The notes below the pieces were generated by a model, which made no database searches, had not been told where the DNA came from, and was given only the letters and a program-made list of their open reading frames with translations. Both the position numbers and the translations under genes were made by a program. A DNA stretch of 63,993 nucleotides, counting the filler, from Chrysochromulina tobinii (taxonomy: Eukaryota): the NCBI GenBank assembly GCA_001275005.1. It is 7 parts of 7 records of this genome, joined end to end, with 100 filler letters (N's around TTAATTAATTAA, not from the genome) between each part and the next. Parts side by side here need not be neighbours in the genome. Positions count along the whole stretch, not along the records: positions 22,083 to 30,227 come from JWZX01000489.1; positions 30,328 to 44,719 come from JWZX01000491.1; 5 more parts are not named here. One strand, 5' to 3'. This document shows, one piece after another, positions 24,063 to 33,721 of this stretch (within the stretch, counting starts at the first letter, position 1; each line of letters begins with the position of its first letter).

Positions 24063-27000
24063 TCAGACTTGCTCTCGTCTTGCGTCGAGCTGCACGCGAC
24101 AAAAGCGGACGACAGCGCCCACCGAGGCGGCATCTTGTGGAACATGATGGCCAGCCTTGTGGTGGATCACCTCGGTGGCCTCCGGGGACGCGTCTGAGGC
24201 TTGCGCAGCCACCTCCTCGCACAGCGGGACATACTCTTCGGCCCTGTCGAAGACGTGTAGAGTGGGCCGCCCCCACTTGCGCACGCGCCCAGGCGGCGGC
24301 GTGATCGTCGAGAAGAAGACTGCCCAGTGCGCGTCGACCATGCTCGCGACGGCGCCGCCTTGGCTGAAGCCAATCACGCCCTCGTATGGGGTCTGAGCGG
24401 CGATGGCGCGAAGGCCTTCGTCGAGCACCTGCGGCTGTGGCTCATGTAGCCAGCCCTCATCGTAGCTGCCACCGACGACGCCATACCACTCAAACGTGGG
24501 CAGCTCATCGGGGATCGTGGGGTCCGGTGGGCCAGTGGATCGTGTGGGGGCCTGAGCAAAGACAAAGTCCACCTCGTCGCCCAGCGCGCTTACGTACGGA
24601 TGCATCTGCAGCTCCATGATTTCGGCACTCGACCGGTAGCCATGGATGCAGAGGATGCGAGGACGGCGCGACAGGAATGCACTTGCACCTGTCGCGCCGT
24701 GCGCTGAGCGCACCTCGGCGGATGCCGTGGCTGTCGAGGCGCTTTGGTCGCCGGCGCGAACCGCGTCTTGGAGGGCGCGCATGGTACCGAGCTTCTCAAG
24801 CTCTTCAGAGGTGATCCTCCGGCCGAGTCGTGCGCTCATGCGGCTCGCGAGGGTGATGAGCATGAGGGAGTCGACTCCGTACGATTCAAGCGGCGCGTCA
24901 GGGTCGATATGGTCAGAGGTGAGCAGCTCGGAGACGAGGATAGGCACCCAGTCGGCATTCGTGTCGCTCGCGTCGGCCGAGGCTGGGCGTGCAACGAGAT
25001 GCCCCTGAATACGCAGAGCCACGAGCTGTCGCACAAGTGACGGGGCGAGCGATGTCCATGCAGATCGCATCTCAATTGCGAGGGGCACACCCGCGCGCTG
25101 CGTCGCATACCAGCCGACGAGACGAGATCGCGTGATCACGACCTCCGCGCCGCGTAACGCGGCGTCGAGCGCGGCATCGTCGTCCACCCCACCGGGCGGC
25201 TCGGGAAGAACGACACACCGCCCGCGAAGCGAGGAGCTCACAGGCGGACGCGTTCCGAGGGCGCTCGCCACTGAACGTGCCAGGCTATCTCCGGGCGCAT
25301 GCGTGCAGTCTGCCCATGGGAGCCGCGGCGCTGCGGGCACCGCGGAGGTCGCGATCAGGATCTTACCCACATGCGTGCCAGCGCCCATGAACCGGAGTGC
25401 CTCGTCCACAGAGTCCATCGGGTAGGTGACATACGGAAGGGCCGGCAGCGTCGGCATCTTTGCGCGCACTTCGTCAAAGAGCCGCCGCGCCGTGTCGGGC
25501 TGCTCGAGCATCAGGACATCGATGTGCGCCGCAGAGATGGTGATGCCCTTCAAGAAGGGTGTGAGGGAGATCCCTCGCCCTTCGTACGCATCGCGCTTCC
25601 CAAGCTCAACAAGCCTCCCAAAGGGCTTGAGCAGCTCGATGGACGCCGTCAGAGCTTCGCCGGTGAGCGAGTTGAGAACGACGTCCACACCCGCACCACC
25701 AGTCGCCTCTCGCACCCCCGCGCCAAAGTCGCTGTGGGATCGCGAGTTGAAGACGGCGGCGACGCCTCGAGAGAGAAGTAGCTGCCGCTTCTGATCCGTC
25801 GACGCCGTCGCGAAGACGCGGCAGCCCGCAGCGACGCAGAGCGCGACGGCCGCCAGCCCAACGCCGCCAGCAGCCGAATGGATGAGCACGTCATCCCCCG
25901 CCCGCACGCGCGCCTGCGTGTGCAGGGCGAGCCAGGCCGTGGCGTACGCCATCGTGCCCGAGACGGCCGCAGCAGCGTCAAGGCTCGGCTCGGCATGGAA
26001 GACCCATCGCGCATCGGTGATCAAGAACGACCCCATCCCATCGGGTGGGAGGGCGACGACTCGGTCTCCCGGCGAGATGGTACGCACGGCGGCACCGACG
26101 CGGCGGACGACTCCGTAGCATTCGCCGCCGAGTCCAAGGGAGCGTCCCGCAACGACAGAGGAGATCGCCCCCTTGGCGACGAGCACGTCGCGAAAGTTGA
26201 GAGCCCACATGGACGTGTGCACCTCGATGTCTGTAGGAGCCAGCTCGTCGACGAGGGCGATACGTTCGAAGAAGACACGACCCGCCCCCGCGTCGGTGCG
26301 AGCAACGTAAGGCTCGTCTGCGGATGCGATAGACTCGTCCGCGAGCGCCGGCTCACACGCCGTCAGCGTGTGCACAAGCGGCACGCCGATCGAGTCGATC
26401 GCCCAGGCACCGGCGTCGTGCGCCGCCGCGGCTGTGAGCTCAAGTACCGTGTCTGACGCAGCGCGTGCGAGCGCCGGGGCACTCACCACCTGTGCTCGCA
26501 AGGCACGCAACGCTCCAGCCGCCGTGCTTGCCTCGCCGATGGCCACCTCGACGACTGTGCCAACGCTCTTGGACCCATCGCCAACGCGTCGGGTAGTGCT
26601 CAGCGTTGAGAACGCGAGGCGCGCGAGCGACGTAACAGCCGGTGCCATCTGCAGGCCTCGCGCCATGCCCACGCGCGCGTTGGAGGCATCGAACATCTCC
26701 ACGTCTGCCCCAGCACCGTCAGCTCCCTCGGTCGCGACTGTCCTTGCGAGCTCTGCGCCCACCCGCCACTCGAGCGTCGCGATGGCGATCGGAGTGCCCG
26801 TGCCAGCGTACGCGTCGAGGAACGAGGCGAGCTGAAGGGCGGCATCGAGGGTCGCCGGGCAACACGGCACGGGGCCGCGGGCAGAGAGAGTCGTCGACGA
26901 ATCGGAGACTAGCAGTGCGCTCGCGCGCTGGCTTTGCACGCAGAGCTGTGCCATCTGGGCAAACGCAGGCCCATAGGAATAGCCGTCAGCGAGCATCGCA

Positions 27001-30000
27001 GTGTACGGATGCGGCACGCTGCGCGCTGCCTCGCAGCTAGCGGCCTTGGTGCAGTTGTCCTTGGTGGTGTTGGTGGACGCTGCACGACCGAGGAAACTTG
27101 TGCTGCCCACCTGGTATTCCATGGTGGCATGCACGACGCCCTGGTAGCTGACTACCGCCACACCTCGGCCCAGGACGCTGGCGCCGTCCGCCGCTGGCGA
27201 GAGAGTCAGGGTGCACGATCTCCGACCCCCAAGATCGAGCATCTTGAGAAAGCGACAGTCGTGCAGCTGGATGGCCGAAAGATCTCCCCCTGCGAGATCG
27301 CCCCCTCGCAGCCCATGCAGCGCCGCAACAACCCACGCGACATATGCGCTCGCGGGCACAATGGCAACACCCCCAACCACGTGCTGCCGTAGCAGCTGCC
27401 ATGGCCCTTCACACAAGCCTAGGGTGAGGGTGAAGGCGTGCATGGCCCCGACTACCGTGTGCTCTCCGATGAGCGGCGAGCTCTTGGGCAGTGGTTCGGC
27501 GGCTGCAGGGGCGGCCGTGGATGGAGTCTCTACGAGAGGCGAGTATAGTGGCGCCTCGTCGACGGCGAAGATGGACGAATGCGCTGTGTATTTGTCCCAG
27601 TCGACGTCGACTACGGCCGCCGGCCCGGCCCGTGGCGCAGCATCAAGGAGCTTCCCCAGCAGCTGCAGCCCGGTTGCAAGAGGCAAGAAGCGCTCGCCTG
27701 CCTTGGGCTCGATCGAGTAGTCGACCGCCATGCCGACCTCGCCCCACCCACCCCATTGGATTGCATCTCCACCTAGCAGCTCGTCAAGGTATGCATTGGC
27801 CGCTGCGTACGTGGCCTGCCCAGCTACGCCAAAGAGCGCGGATGAGGACGAGAATGCGACAAGCCTCGCAGTGCCTCCGAACCGCCGCCTCAGATGGCGA
27901 ACGCCGTCAATCTTCGGGCGCAGCACGGCCGAGCATCGCACCGCCGTCACATTTTGCATCAGCTGGTCGTCGATGGAGCCCGCACAGTGGATGACAAGCT
28001 CAGCGTCCGGCAGACCCTCGACTGCGCTCCACTCGCCGACGTCGCACAGCCGCACTTCGGCGCCTCGCTCCACCAGAGAAGCAATTCGTGTGCGATCCGA
28101 TGCTCGCGGGGCAGAGCGGCCAAGAAGCACCACTCGCCGAGCCCGGCGGTCATCCAGTAAGAACTCGCCCACGCGCAGTCCGACCCCTCGAATGCCCCCG
28201 GTGACGATGGCCACTTCGACCCCAGCTCCCCGCGATCCCACACGCGCCACCGAAGGTGGAGACAACGCTCGTGGCGTCAGCCGACGCAGCCGACGCTCGT
28301 ACACCTTGCCGGCGTCCACGCGCGCGTCGATGTGCAGCGCGGGCAAAGGGGATGGCCCACGAGTCATGGTGAGGTTGCGCACTGCGAGAGTAGGCAGCTC
28401 CTTACGAGCCGTGCGCAGCAAGGCCCTGCAGCCAGCATAACGGGGAACGTCCGCAAAGAAGGCGAAAAGGTCGCATGACGTGGCTGCTCGGCCAACGTCA
28501 ACGAGGAGCCGAAGCATGAGGAAGAGAAGCTTGTCGATGCCCTCATCACAGTGTGCGCCACCGACGAGGCCGAGTGCCCCATGCCGCGCTGCAGCCGCTG
28601 GCGCGTCCTCAAAGCTGATGACATGATAGCACGAGCTGAGCCCCAGGGAAGCTAAGAGGCTAGCGCTGCCACCACACAACTCGGCGTCCAGTAACACGAT
28701 GGGGAGTGTTGGCACGTGAGCCTGCGCGACCTCGATGGGGTCAAAGACAGCTTCGTATAGAAACCCGCACGCAGCGTCTTCTGTCAGGATGGCATGTGCC
28801 GACGGCGTGGAGCTAATCTGGGTGACCTGCCTAATTTGAGTGGCACTCGGTTGGGCGGCAGGCCGCGACACTGATGTCTGAGCCGCGGATTGCGTCCGCG
28901 GCGAGTCAGAAGTCAGATTGGTGATGGCGGTCGGCGAGGAAGCTTGAGAGGCTCTCGTGAGGATAAGATGGGCGTTGGTACCGCCGATGCCAAACGAGGA
29001 GACTCCCACCGTTCTAATGTCGGTATGAGCGGTCTGGGCCACGCGCAGCGGCAAATCGGACCACGGCACGAGCTCATTCGGCCTCTCAGAGTACGGGTTG
29101 GGTGGCACCTCGCCATGGTACGTGCACAGCGCCGCCTTGACCAGCGAACCGATGCCGGCGGCGGTGTTCATGTGCCCTAGATTGCCCTTGATCGATCCAA
29201 CGAGCAGCGGGCGTTGCGTTACCGGCCGATCTGCATGGACTGCGGCGAGCGCATGGAGCTCGATCGGGTCGCCGACACGCGTGCCAGTACCATGGCATTC
29301 GATGTAGTCGACCTGAGCAGGCTCGATGCCGCCGTCGATGAGAGCAGTGCGAATGACCTCTACCTGGCCCAGGTGGGATGGCTGTGAGAAAGCTGACTTG
29401 CGCTTGCCGTCGTTATTCACGGCAACTCCCTTGATCTTCGCATAGCACTGTCGCGCGCACGCCCCAGCTGTGATGACAATCAGCGCCCCACCATCGGCCG
29501 GGACCGTTCCACTCGCATCATCCGCAAACGGGCGGCACACACCATCCGGAGACCAGATCATGCCCTCGACCTTACGGAGGGGTTTGTTGGGTGAGAGCGA
29601 GACGCCGCCGCAGATTGCGACGTCGCACTGCCCAAGCCGGATGGCATGCACAGCACGCACGACAGCGACGAGGGATGAGGAGCACGCGGTCTGAATCACC
29701 TCGGCAGGCCCTGTCAAGCCGAGGTAGTATGAGATTGTGGACGCGACGTAGTCCTTGTCGTGGGCGATCTCCTCCGCGAAATAGGCATCTGGCTGTTCGG
29801 TACGCATCTCATCCAAGTCGCGTGTGGGATGGTAGAGAGATGAACTCGACACGAAGACACCAATACGGTGCCCCCCAGCGTCAGCTGGATCAATGCCTGC
29901 ATCACGCAGCGCCGCAACGGCCAGCTCGAGAGCCACTCGCTGTTCGGGCCCCATCCGACGGGCCACTTCTGCTGGCATCTGCAGCACAGAGAGTGTGGCC

Positions 30001-30227
30001 GCTGACGGCAGTCCCGCGAGGTTGACGACGCCCTTGCGCGTGATGTACGCGTCGCCGTATGCCGTGGGAAGCTCTTCTGTCAGGTCGGTTGCGGCGTAGA
30101 GCTGCCTCCAAAGCTTGCCGAGGCTGTCGATGCCACCCGGGAGGTGTACAGCCATCCCGGCGATCGAGATCGCATCGCTCGACGCGAAAGAGGTGAATGA
30201 GGAAGCAGCCAGCTTGGACACAGTGGA
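24063..30227 (-). CDS. Type I PKS, AT-less, KS-KR-DH-ER-ACP-FSH1 serine hydrolase (5'-partial)
   Basis: KS: QTACSSS, HGTGT, GNLGH; KR: TGGIRGVG..YAAAN; DH: HVVGGVAIVPA; ER: LNFRDVL, HSAAGGVG; ACP: GVDSL; FSH1-like: RILCIHGY..GFSQGG..HKAGHHVP. Confidence 0.92.
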   Translation of the reverse strand, partial: STVSKLAASSFTSFASSDAISIAGMAVHLPGGIDSLGKLWRQLYAATDLTEELPTAYGDAYITRKGVVNLAGLPSAATLSVLQMPAEVARRMGPEQRVALELAVAALRDAGIDPADAGGHRIGVFVSSSSLYHPTRDLDEMRTEQPDAYFAEEIAHDKDYVASTISYYLGLTGPAEVIQTACSSSLVAVVRAVHAIRLGQCDVAICGGVSLSPNKPLRKVEGMIWSPDGVCRPFADDASGTVPADGGALIVITAGACARQCYAKIKGVAVNNDGKRKSAFSQPSHLGQVEVIRTALIDGGIEPAQVDYIECHGTGTRVGDPIELHALAAVHADRPVTQRPLLVGSIKGNLGHMNTAAGIGSLVKAALCTYHGEVPPNPYSERPNELVPWSDLPLRVAQTAHTDIRTVGVSSFGIGGTNAHLILTRASQASSPTAITNLTSDSPRTQSAAQTSVSRPAAQPSATQIRQVTQISSTPSAHAILTEDAACGFLYEAVFDPIEVAQAHVPTLPIVLLDAELCGGSASLLASLGLSSCYHVISFEDAPAAAARHGALGLVGGAHCDEGIDKLLFLMLRLLVDVGRAATSCDLFAFFADVPRYAGCRALLRTARKELPTLAVRNLTMTRGPSPLPALHIDARVDAGKVYERRLRRLTPRALSPPSVARVGSRGAGVEVAIVTGGIRGVGLRVGEFLLDDRRARRVVLLGRSAPRASDRTRIASLVERGAEVRLCDVGEWSAVEGLPDAELVIHCAGSIDDQLMQNVTAVRCSAVLRPKIDGVRHLRRRFGGTARLVAFSSSSALFGVAGQATYAAANAYLDELLGGDAIQWGGWGEVGMAVDYSIEPKAGERFLPLATGLQLLGKLLDAAPRAGPAAVVDVDWDKYTAHSSIFAVDEAPLYSPLVETPSTAAPAAAEPLPKSSPLIGEHTVVGAMHAFTLTLGLCEGPWQLLRQHVVGGVAIVPASAYVAWVVAALHGLRGGDLAGGDLSAIQLHDCRFLKMLDLGGRRSCTLTLSPAADGASVLGRGVAVVSYQGVVHATMEYQVGSTSFLGRAASTNTTKDNCTKAASCEAARSVPHPYTAMLADGYSYGPAFAQMAQLCVQSQRASALLVSDSSTTLSARGPVPCCPATLDAALQLASFLDAYAGTGTPIAIATLEWRVGAELARTVATEGADGAGADVEMFDASNARVGMARGLQMAPAVTSLARLAFSTLSTTRRVGDGSKSVGTVVEVAIGEASTAAGALRALRAQVVSAPALARAASDTVLELTAAAAHDAGAWAIDSIGVPLVHTLTACEPALADESIASADEPYVARTDAGAGRVFFERIALVDELAPTDIEVHTSMWALNFRDVLVAKGAISSVVAGRSLGLGGECYGVVRRVGAAVRTISPGDRVVALPPDGMGSFLITDARWVFHAEPSLDAAAAVSGTMAYATAWLALHTQARVRAGDDVLIHSAAGGVGLAAVALCVAAGCRVFATASTDQKRQLLLSRGVAAVFNSRSHSDFGAGVREATGGAGVDVVLNSLTGEALTASIELLKPFGRLVELGKRDAYEGRGISLTPFLKGITISAAHIDVLMLEQPDTARRLFDEVRAKMPTLPALPYVTYPMDSVDEALRFMGAGTHVGKILIATSAVPAAPRLPWADCTHAPGDSLARSVASALGTRPPVSSSLRGRCVVLPEPPGGVDDDAALDAALRGAEVVITRSRLVGWYATQRAGVPLAIEMRSAWTSLAPSLVRQLVALRIQGHLVARPASADASDTNADWVPILVSELLTSDHIDPDAPLESYGVDSLMLITLASRMSARLGRRITSEELEKLGTMRALQDAVRAGDQSASTATASAEVRSAHGATGASAFLSRRPRILCIHGYRSSAEIMELQMHPYVSALGDEVDFVFAQAPTRSTGPPDPTIPDELPTFEWYGVVGGSYDEGWLHEPQPQVLDEGLRAIAAQTPYEGVIGFSQGGAVASMVDAHWAVFFSTITPPPGRVRKWGRPTLHVFDRAEEYVPLCEEVAAQASDASPEATEVIHHKAGHHVPQDAASVGAVVRFCRVQLDARREQV

Positions 30228-30327
30228 NNNNNNNNNNNNNNNNNNNNNNNNNNNNNNNNNNNNNNNNNNNNTTAATTAATTAANNNNNNNNNNNNNNNNN
30301 NNNNNNNNNNNNNNNNNNNNNNNNNNN
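30228..30327. other. Artificial contig linker
   Basis: N + TTAATTAATTAA + N. Confidence 0.97.
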
Positions 30328-30488
30328 GCACGACGATCGTGATCGCACACCGGCTGAGCACGATTCGCAACGCAGACAAGATCGCTGTGGTGAGCGAGGG
30401 CAAGGTGGTCGAGGAAGGTACGCACACTGAGCTGCTCGGCAACGTTGAGGGCCTGTACTTCAATCTGGTGCTCGCACAATCTCACTGA
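30328..30488 (+). CDS. C-terminal end of an ABCB (MDR-type) ABC transporter
   Basis: Manual translation [43 protein letters not shown]. Confidence 0.9.
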
Positions 30489-31229
30489 GGCCGAGATCGG
30501 GCTGTCCCCAAAAGGGATTTAGGTCGTCGAGCGCGCGTTAGCACGCAGACGCCCTCTCGCCTCCAAGGAGGGCATGGCGACATCCCCGCCCGCGAGATGC
30601 AAGAGCCTTTTTGGCCGTGGTCACTCGGGTAGGTTGCGTGAAAGTCTTCGTCATGGTCGCACGTGGTCGCAGGCTGGGGCGGGATGGGAAGATTCTGAAC
30701 AAGCATCATTCTGGATACACATACAGCTCGGCTGTGTAGGATCGGTATGGCGGCATCTTGGGCCCAGAGATCGGATAGCAGGACGACTGGACCCTCGCCC
30801 TGCAGCTGCGGTGTGCTGAGTGCTGTGACGGCACGTGATTCTGAAAATGCTCGCATGAGTGTCTCGCCTCGTGTGTGTGCAGTTTTTGCACCCGGTTCGG
30901 TTCGGTTCTGGTGCGTCGGTGCAAAAGCTTGTAGACCTGTCCTTGTGACCGCTCTCCGGGGCGGGCGCGTAGTCGCCCGCGTTATCCGTTCGGTTAATAA
31001 CCGCGGTAAGCGCACCGGGCGCCGGGGGGGGGGGCGGGCGGGGGCCGGCTACAACGGCCCTACGCAAGCCGAGCTCTATCGCTCTTACGTGTCGAAAGAT
31101 TACATGCATACACGAGTCTCTTCCGCACTTCAACAATGGCACTGCGACGCGCAACACTCCAGTGGCACTCCAGAGCGCAGGATTGTCCAGTCGCAGTCCA
31201 CAGAGGGCGTGTGAGTGTATACTCCTCCC

Positions 31230-31287
31230 ACGCCACGCAGCCACGCAGCCACGCAGCCACGCAGCCACGCAGCCACGCAGCCACGCA
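31230..31287 (+). repeat. (GCCACGCA)n microsatellite
   Basis: About 7 copies immediately 3' of the M20 gene stop. Confidence 0.85.
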
Positions 31288-31288
31288 C

Positions 31289-33238
31289 TCAATTAGAGGT
31301 GGCGTTGCGCGATTGGGTGCGCACGTGCAGCGAACGCATGAAGGCGACATTCTTCGCGTGCGCCTCGACGCCGATGCGCTCATTATATCCGTGAAACATG
31401 GCCGTCTCTTCGCTGCTCAGAGCGATAGGATTGAAACGGTAGATTTGCGGGCAGAAGCCTGGAGCCCGACGCTCGACGGCTTCAAAGTGCTTCGAGTCCG
31501 AGCCGGCTACAAAGAGACCGGGGGCCACGAGCGCCTCCGGAAAGAGCTCGCGTACCGTGGCGCCGATGGCCCGGAAGGCCGGGTGGTCGGATTGGGAGAC
31601 TAAGGAAGGTTCATTGGACGCTTCGATCTCGATCTGGATGCGCGGGTCGTCGATCACAGCCCGATCGCGCGCAATCACGCTCGCGATGGTGTCACTCGGG
31701 TGCAACCGGTGGTTGACGAGCGCATACGCGTTAGCGGGGAGCACATTGCTCTTCTCGCCCGCTTTGAAGACGGTGAGGGCCGTCGTGGTGCGCACGAGCG
31801 TCGCTGTCTTCGGCTTGGCCGCTAGCACCAGTCTGAGGAGCGGGTTGAAGAGCCAGAGGTTTGCAGCGACGACGCTCCACGGTCCACCTGCACCACCGAG
31901 CGCGCTAAAGAGGCGATGTGCTGCATTGAAATGTGTGGGGAACGGACTCTTCTCGAGCTTCGAGACGGCGCGTGCGAGCACGCCGATGGATGATTCGTCA
32001 GGCGGCATGGAAGCATGGCCTGGCGCACCCAGCCCAGGTAGTGGCGTCCCGGCCGTCGGCCCCGTCTTCGTGGGATCGATCGAGAGGCGCAGCGTCAGGA
32101 AGCCCTTCTCAGCGAGACAGACCATAGCAATGGGCCTGCGGCAGAGGGGCAGCACGCCCGAGATGACAAAGAGCCCCTCATCCAGCAAAAACTCGAGGCG
32201 CGCCCCCTTGGAGTACAGGTGCTCCGCGATCCATCGGGCTCCCTCCTGCCCCCCAGTCTCCTCATCGTGTCCAAAACAGAGGTAGACGGTGCGCCGCGGT
32301 TTGAAGCCGCTCGCGAGCAGATCTTCAACGGCCTCGAGCTGCCCCAGCACCGCCTGCTTGTCATCGATGGCACCACGACCCCAGATCTCGCCCTCGCGCA
32401 CCGCGCCTCCAAACGCGTCCACCGGCAGGCCCATCGCGTCCTTCCAGCCGGCGCGCTCTCCTGCAGGAACCACGTCGAGATGGGCGTACACGGCATAGGG
32501 CAGCTCGCTCGCGTCGCTGCCCTCCCACTCGTACACGAGCGAGAACTCGTTGATCACCTCCCTCTTCAGGTGCCGCCTCACCAGCGGGAAGCTGCGCTCG
32601 AGGTGCTGGTGCAGGTCCCTGAGTGCATCTTCCGACTTGCGCCGCATCTGCTCGGTGACGGAGGCGTCTTCCTTGTCGTAACTGACCGTCTCGAGCCGCA
32701 GCGCCGCGCTCAAGCGCTCCGCCATCGCGTCCTTCTTGGCGAGGATGCGCGCGAGCGCCTCGGGATCGGCTTGGCTGGCGGCGGCGGCCGTATAGTCGGG
32801 CGGCGCTATGAGGAGCGTGCGCGCCACAACCACGACAAGGAGCGATGTAAAAGAGAGCTGGAGGTACCTGAGGTACCTGCTGACGGCTGTGATGCCGGTG
32901 CTCTCTGTGGGCTCCGTGACCGCGGCCGTTGCCGTGGCGACGAGGGCAAACAGTAGCGCCACGCGCAGCGACGGCATCGCGACGCCGCGGAGATAGCCGG
33001 GCGCAGTCACGTCCACGTGCGTGCGACCGCAGTCGTAGCCTCCGCAGTGGAGGCCGCAGCCACGGCCTAACTGAGCGAAGGCCATCGTGGGAGCCGCCTC
33101 GCAGGGCTCGCAGAGGACGTCGGCCATCATCACAACGATCGACGGCTTCGGGGCCGTCCGCCGAAACTGTGAACGCGATGACTTGGGAGATACCGGTTGC
33201 ACACTCAGAGCCCGCCTCATGCGCATGGCAGCGCTCAT
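31289..33238 (-). CDS. M20 family metallopeptidase (PM20D1 / carboxypeptidase S-like)
   Basis: AHLDVVP, GRGAIDDK, GHDEE, LDEG, GHASMP, SDSKHF, HGYNERI; start uncertain. Confidence 0.9.
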   Translation of the reverse strand: MSAAMRMRRALSVQPVSPKSSRSQFRRTAPKPSIVVMMADVLCEPCEAAPTMAFAQLGRGCGLHCGGYDCGRTHVDVTAPGYLRGVAMPSLRVALLFALVATATAAVTEPTESTGITAVSRYLRYLQLSFTSLLVVVVARTLLIAPPDYTAAAASQADPEALARILAKKDAMAERLSAALRLETVSYDKEDASVTEQMRRKSEDALRDLHQHLERSFPLVRRHLKREVINEFSLVYEWEGSDASELPYAVYAHLDVVPAGERAGWKDAMGLPVDAFGGAVREGEIWGRGAIDDKQAVLGQLEAVEDLLASGFKPRRTVYLCFGHDEETGGQEGARWIAEHLYSKGARLEFLLDEGLFVISGVLPLCRRPIAMVCLAEKGFLTLRLSIDPTKTGPTAGTPLPGLGAPGHASMPPDESSIGVLARAVSKLEKSPFPTHFNAAHRLFSALGGAGGPWSVVAANLWLFNPLLRLVLAAKPKTATLVRTTTALTVFKAGEKSNVLPANAYALVNHRLHPSDTIASVIARDRAVIDDPRIQIEIEASNEPSLVSQSDHPAFRAIGATVRELFPEALVAPGLFVAGSDSKHFEAVERRAPGFCPQIYRFNPIALSSEETAMFHGYNERIGVEAHAKNVAFMRSLHVRTQSRNATSN

Positions 33239-33721
33239 TCTCTACCCGCTCGACGCCCTTCCCATGGGAATGTATGTTGCAGATAGTATGGAGATAGGCG
33301 CACGCCTCGTCCCGCGATCCGCCCCACAATCAATCAGCACGAGAGACGAGAGAGGGCGGCATCCCTCGCATAGTCACCCAGGAGCGCCCAGGGGTTCTCC
33401 CCCTCACAAACAAGCCAGATCACACACACACACGCACGCGCACACACAGCCCGCCAACCGACCGCGCTCCCGCCAGAGTGCTGCTTGCCTTCCGCCCACG
33501 TGCTTGCCTTCCGCCAGTCAGCTCAAGGGCGGCCCTCGTAAACGGCCCTCGTAAACGGCCCTCGACAATTGCGGGGCCAACGTCGTGTGCATTCGGTGCC
33601 CGACCGCCGTCATACGATCCCCTCTTCTCCGCGCCCACGAGCACGCGCCCAGGAGCACGCGCCCAGGAGCACGCGCCCAGGAGCACGCGCTCGACGAGCG
33701 CACGCGCTGGCGAGAGCGCAC

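Noticed and set aside
24063..33238. PKS + ABC transporter + M20 peptidase as a biosynthetic cluster
   Set aside because: A linker at 30228-30327 separates them; the adjacency is artificial
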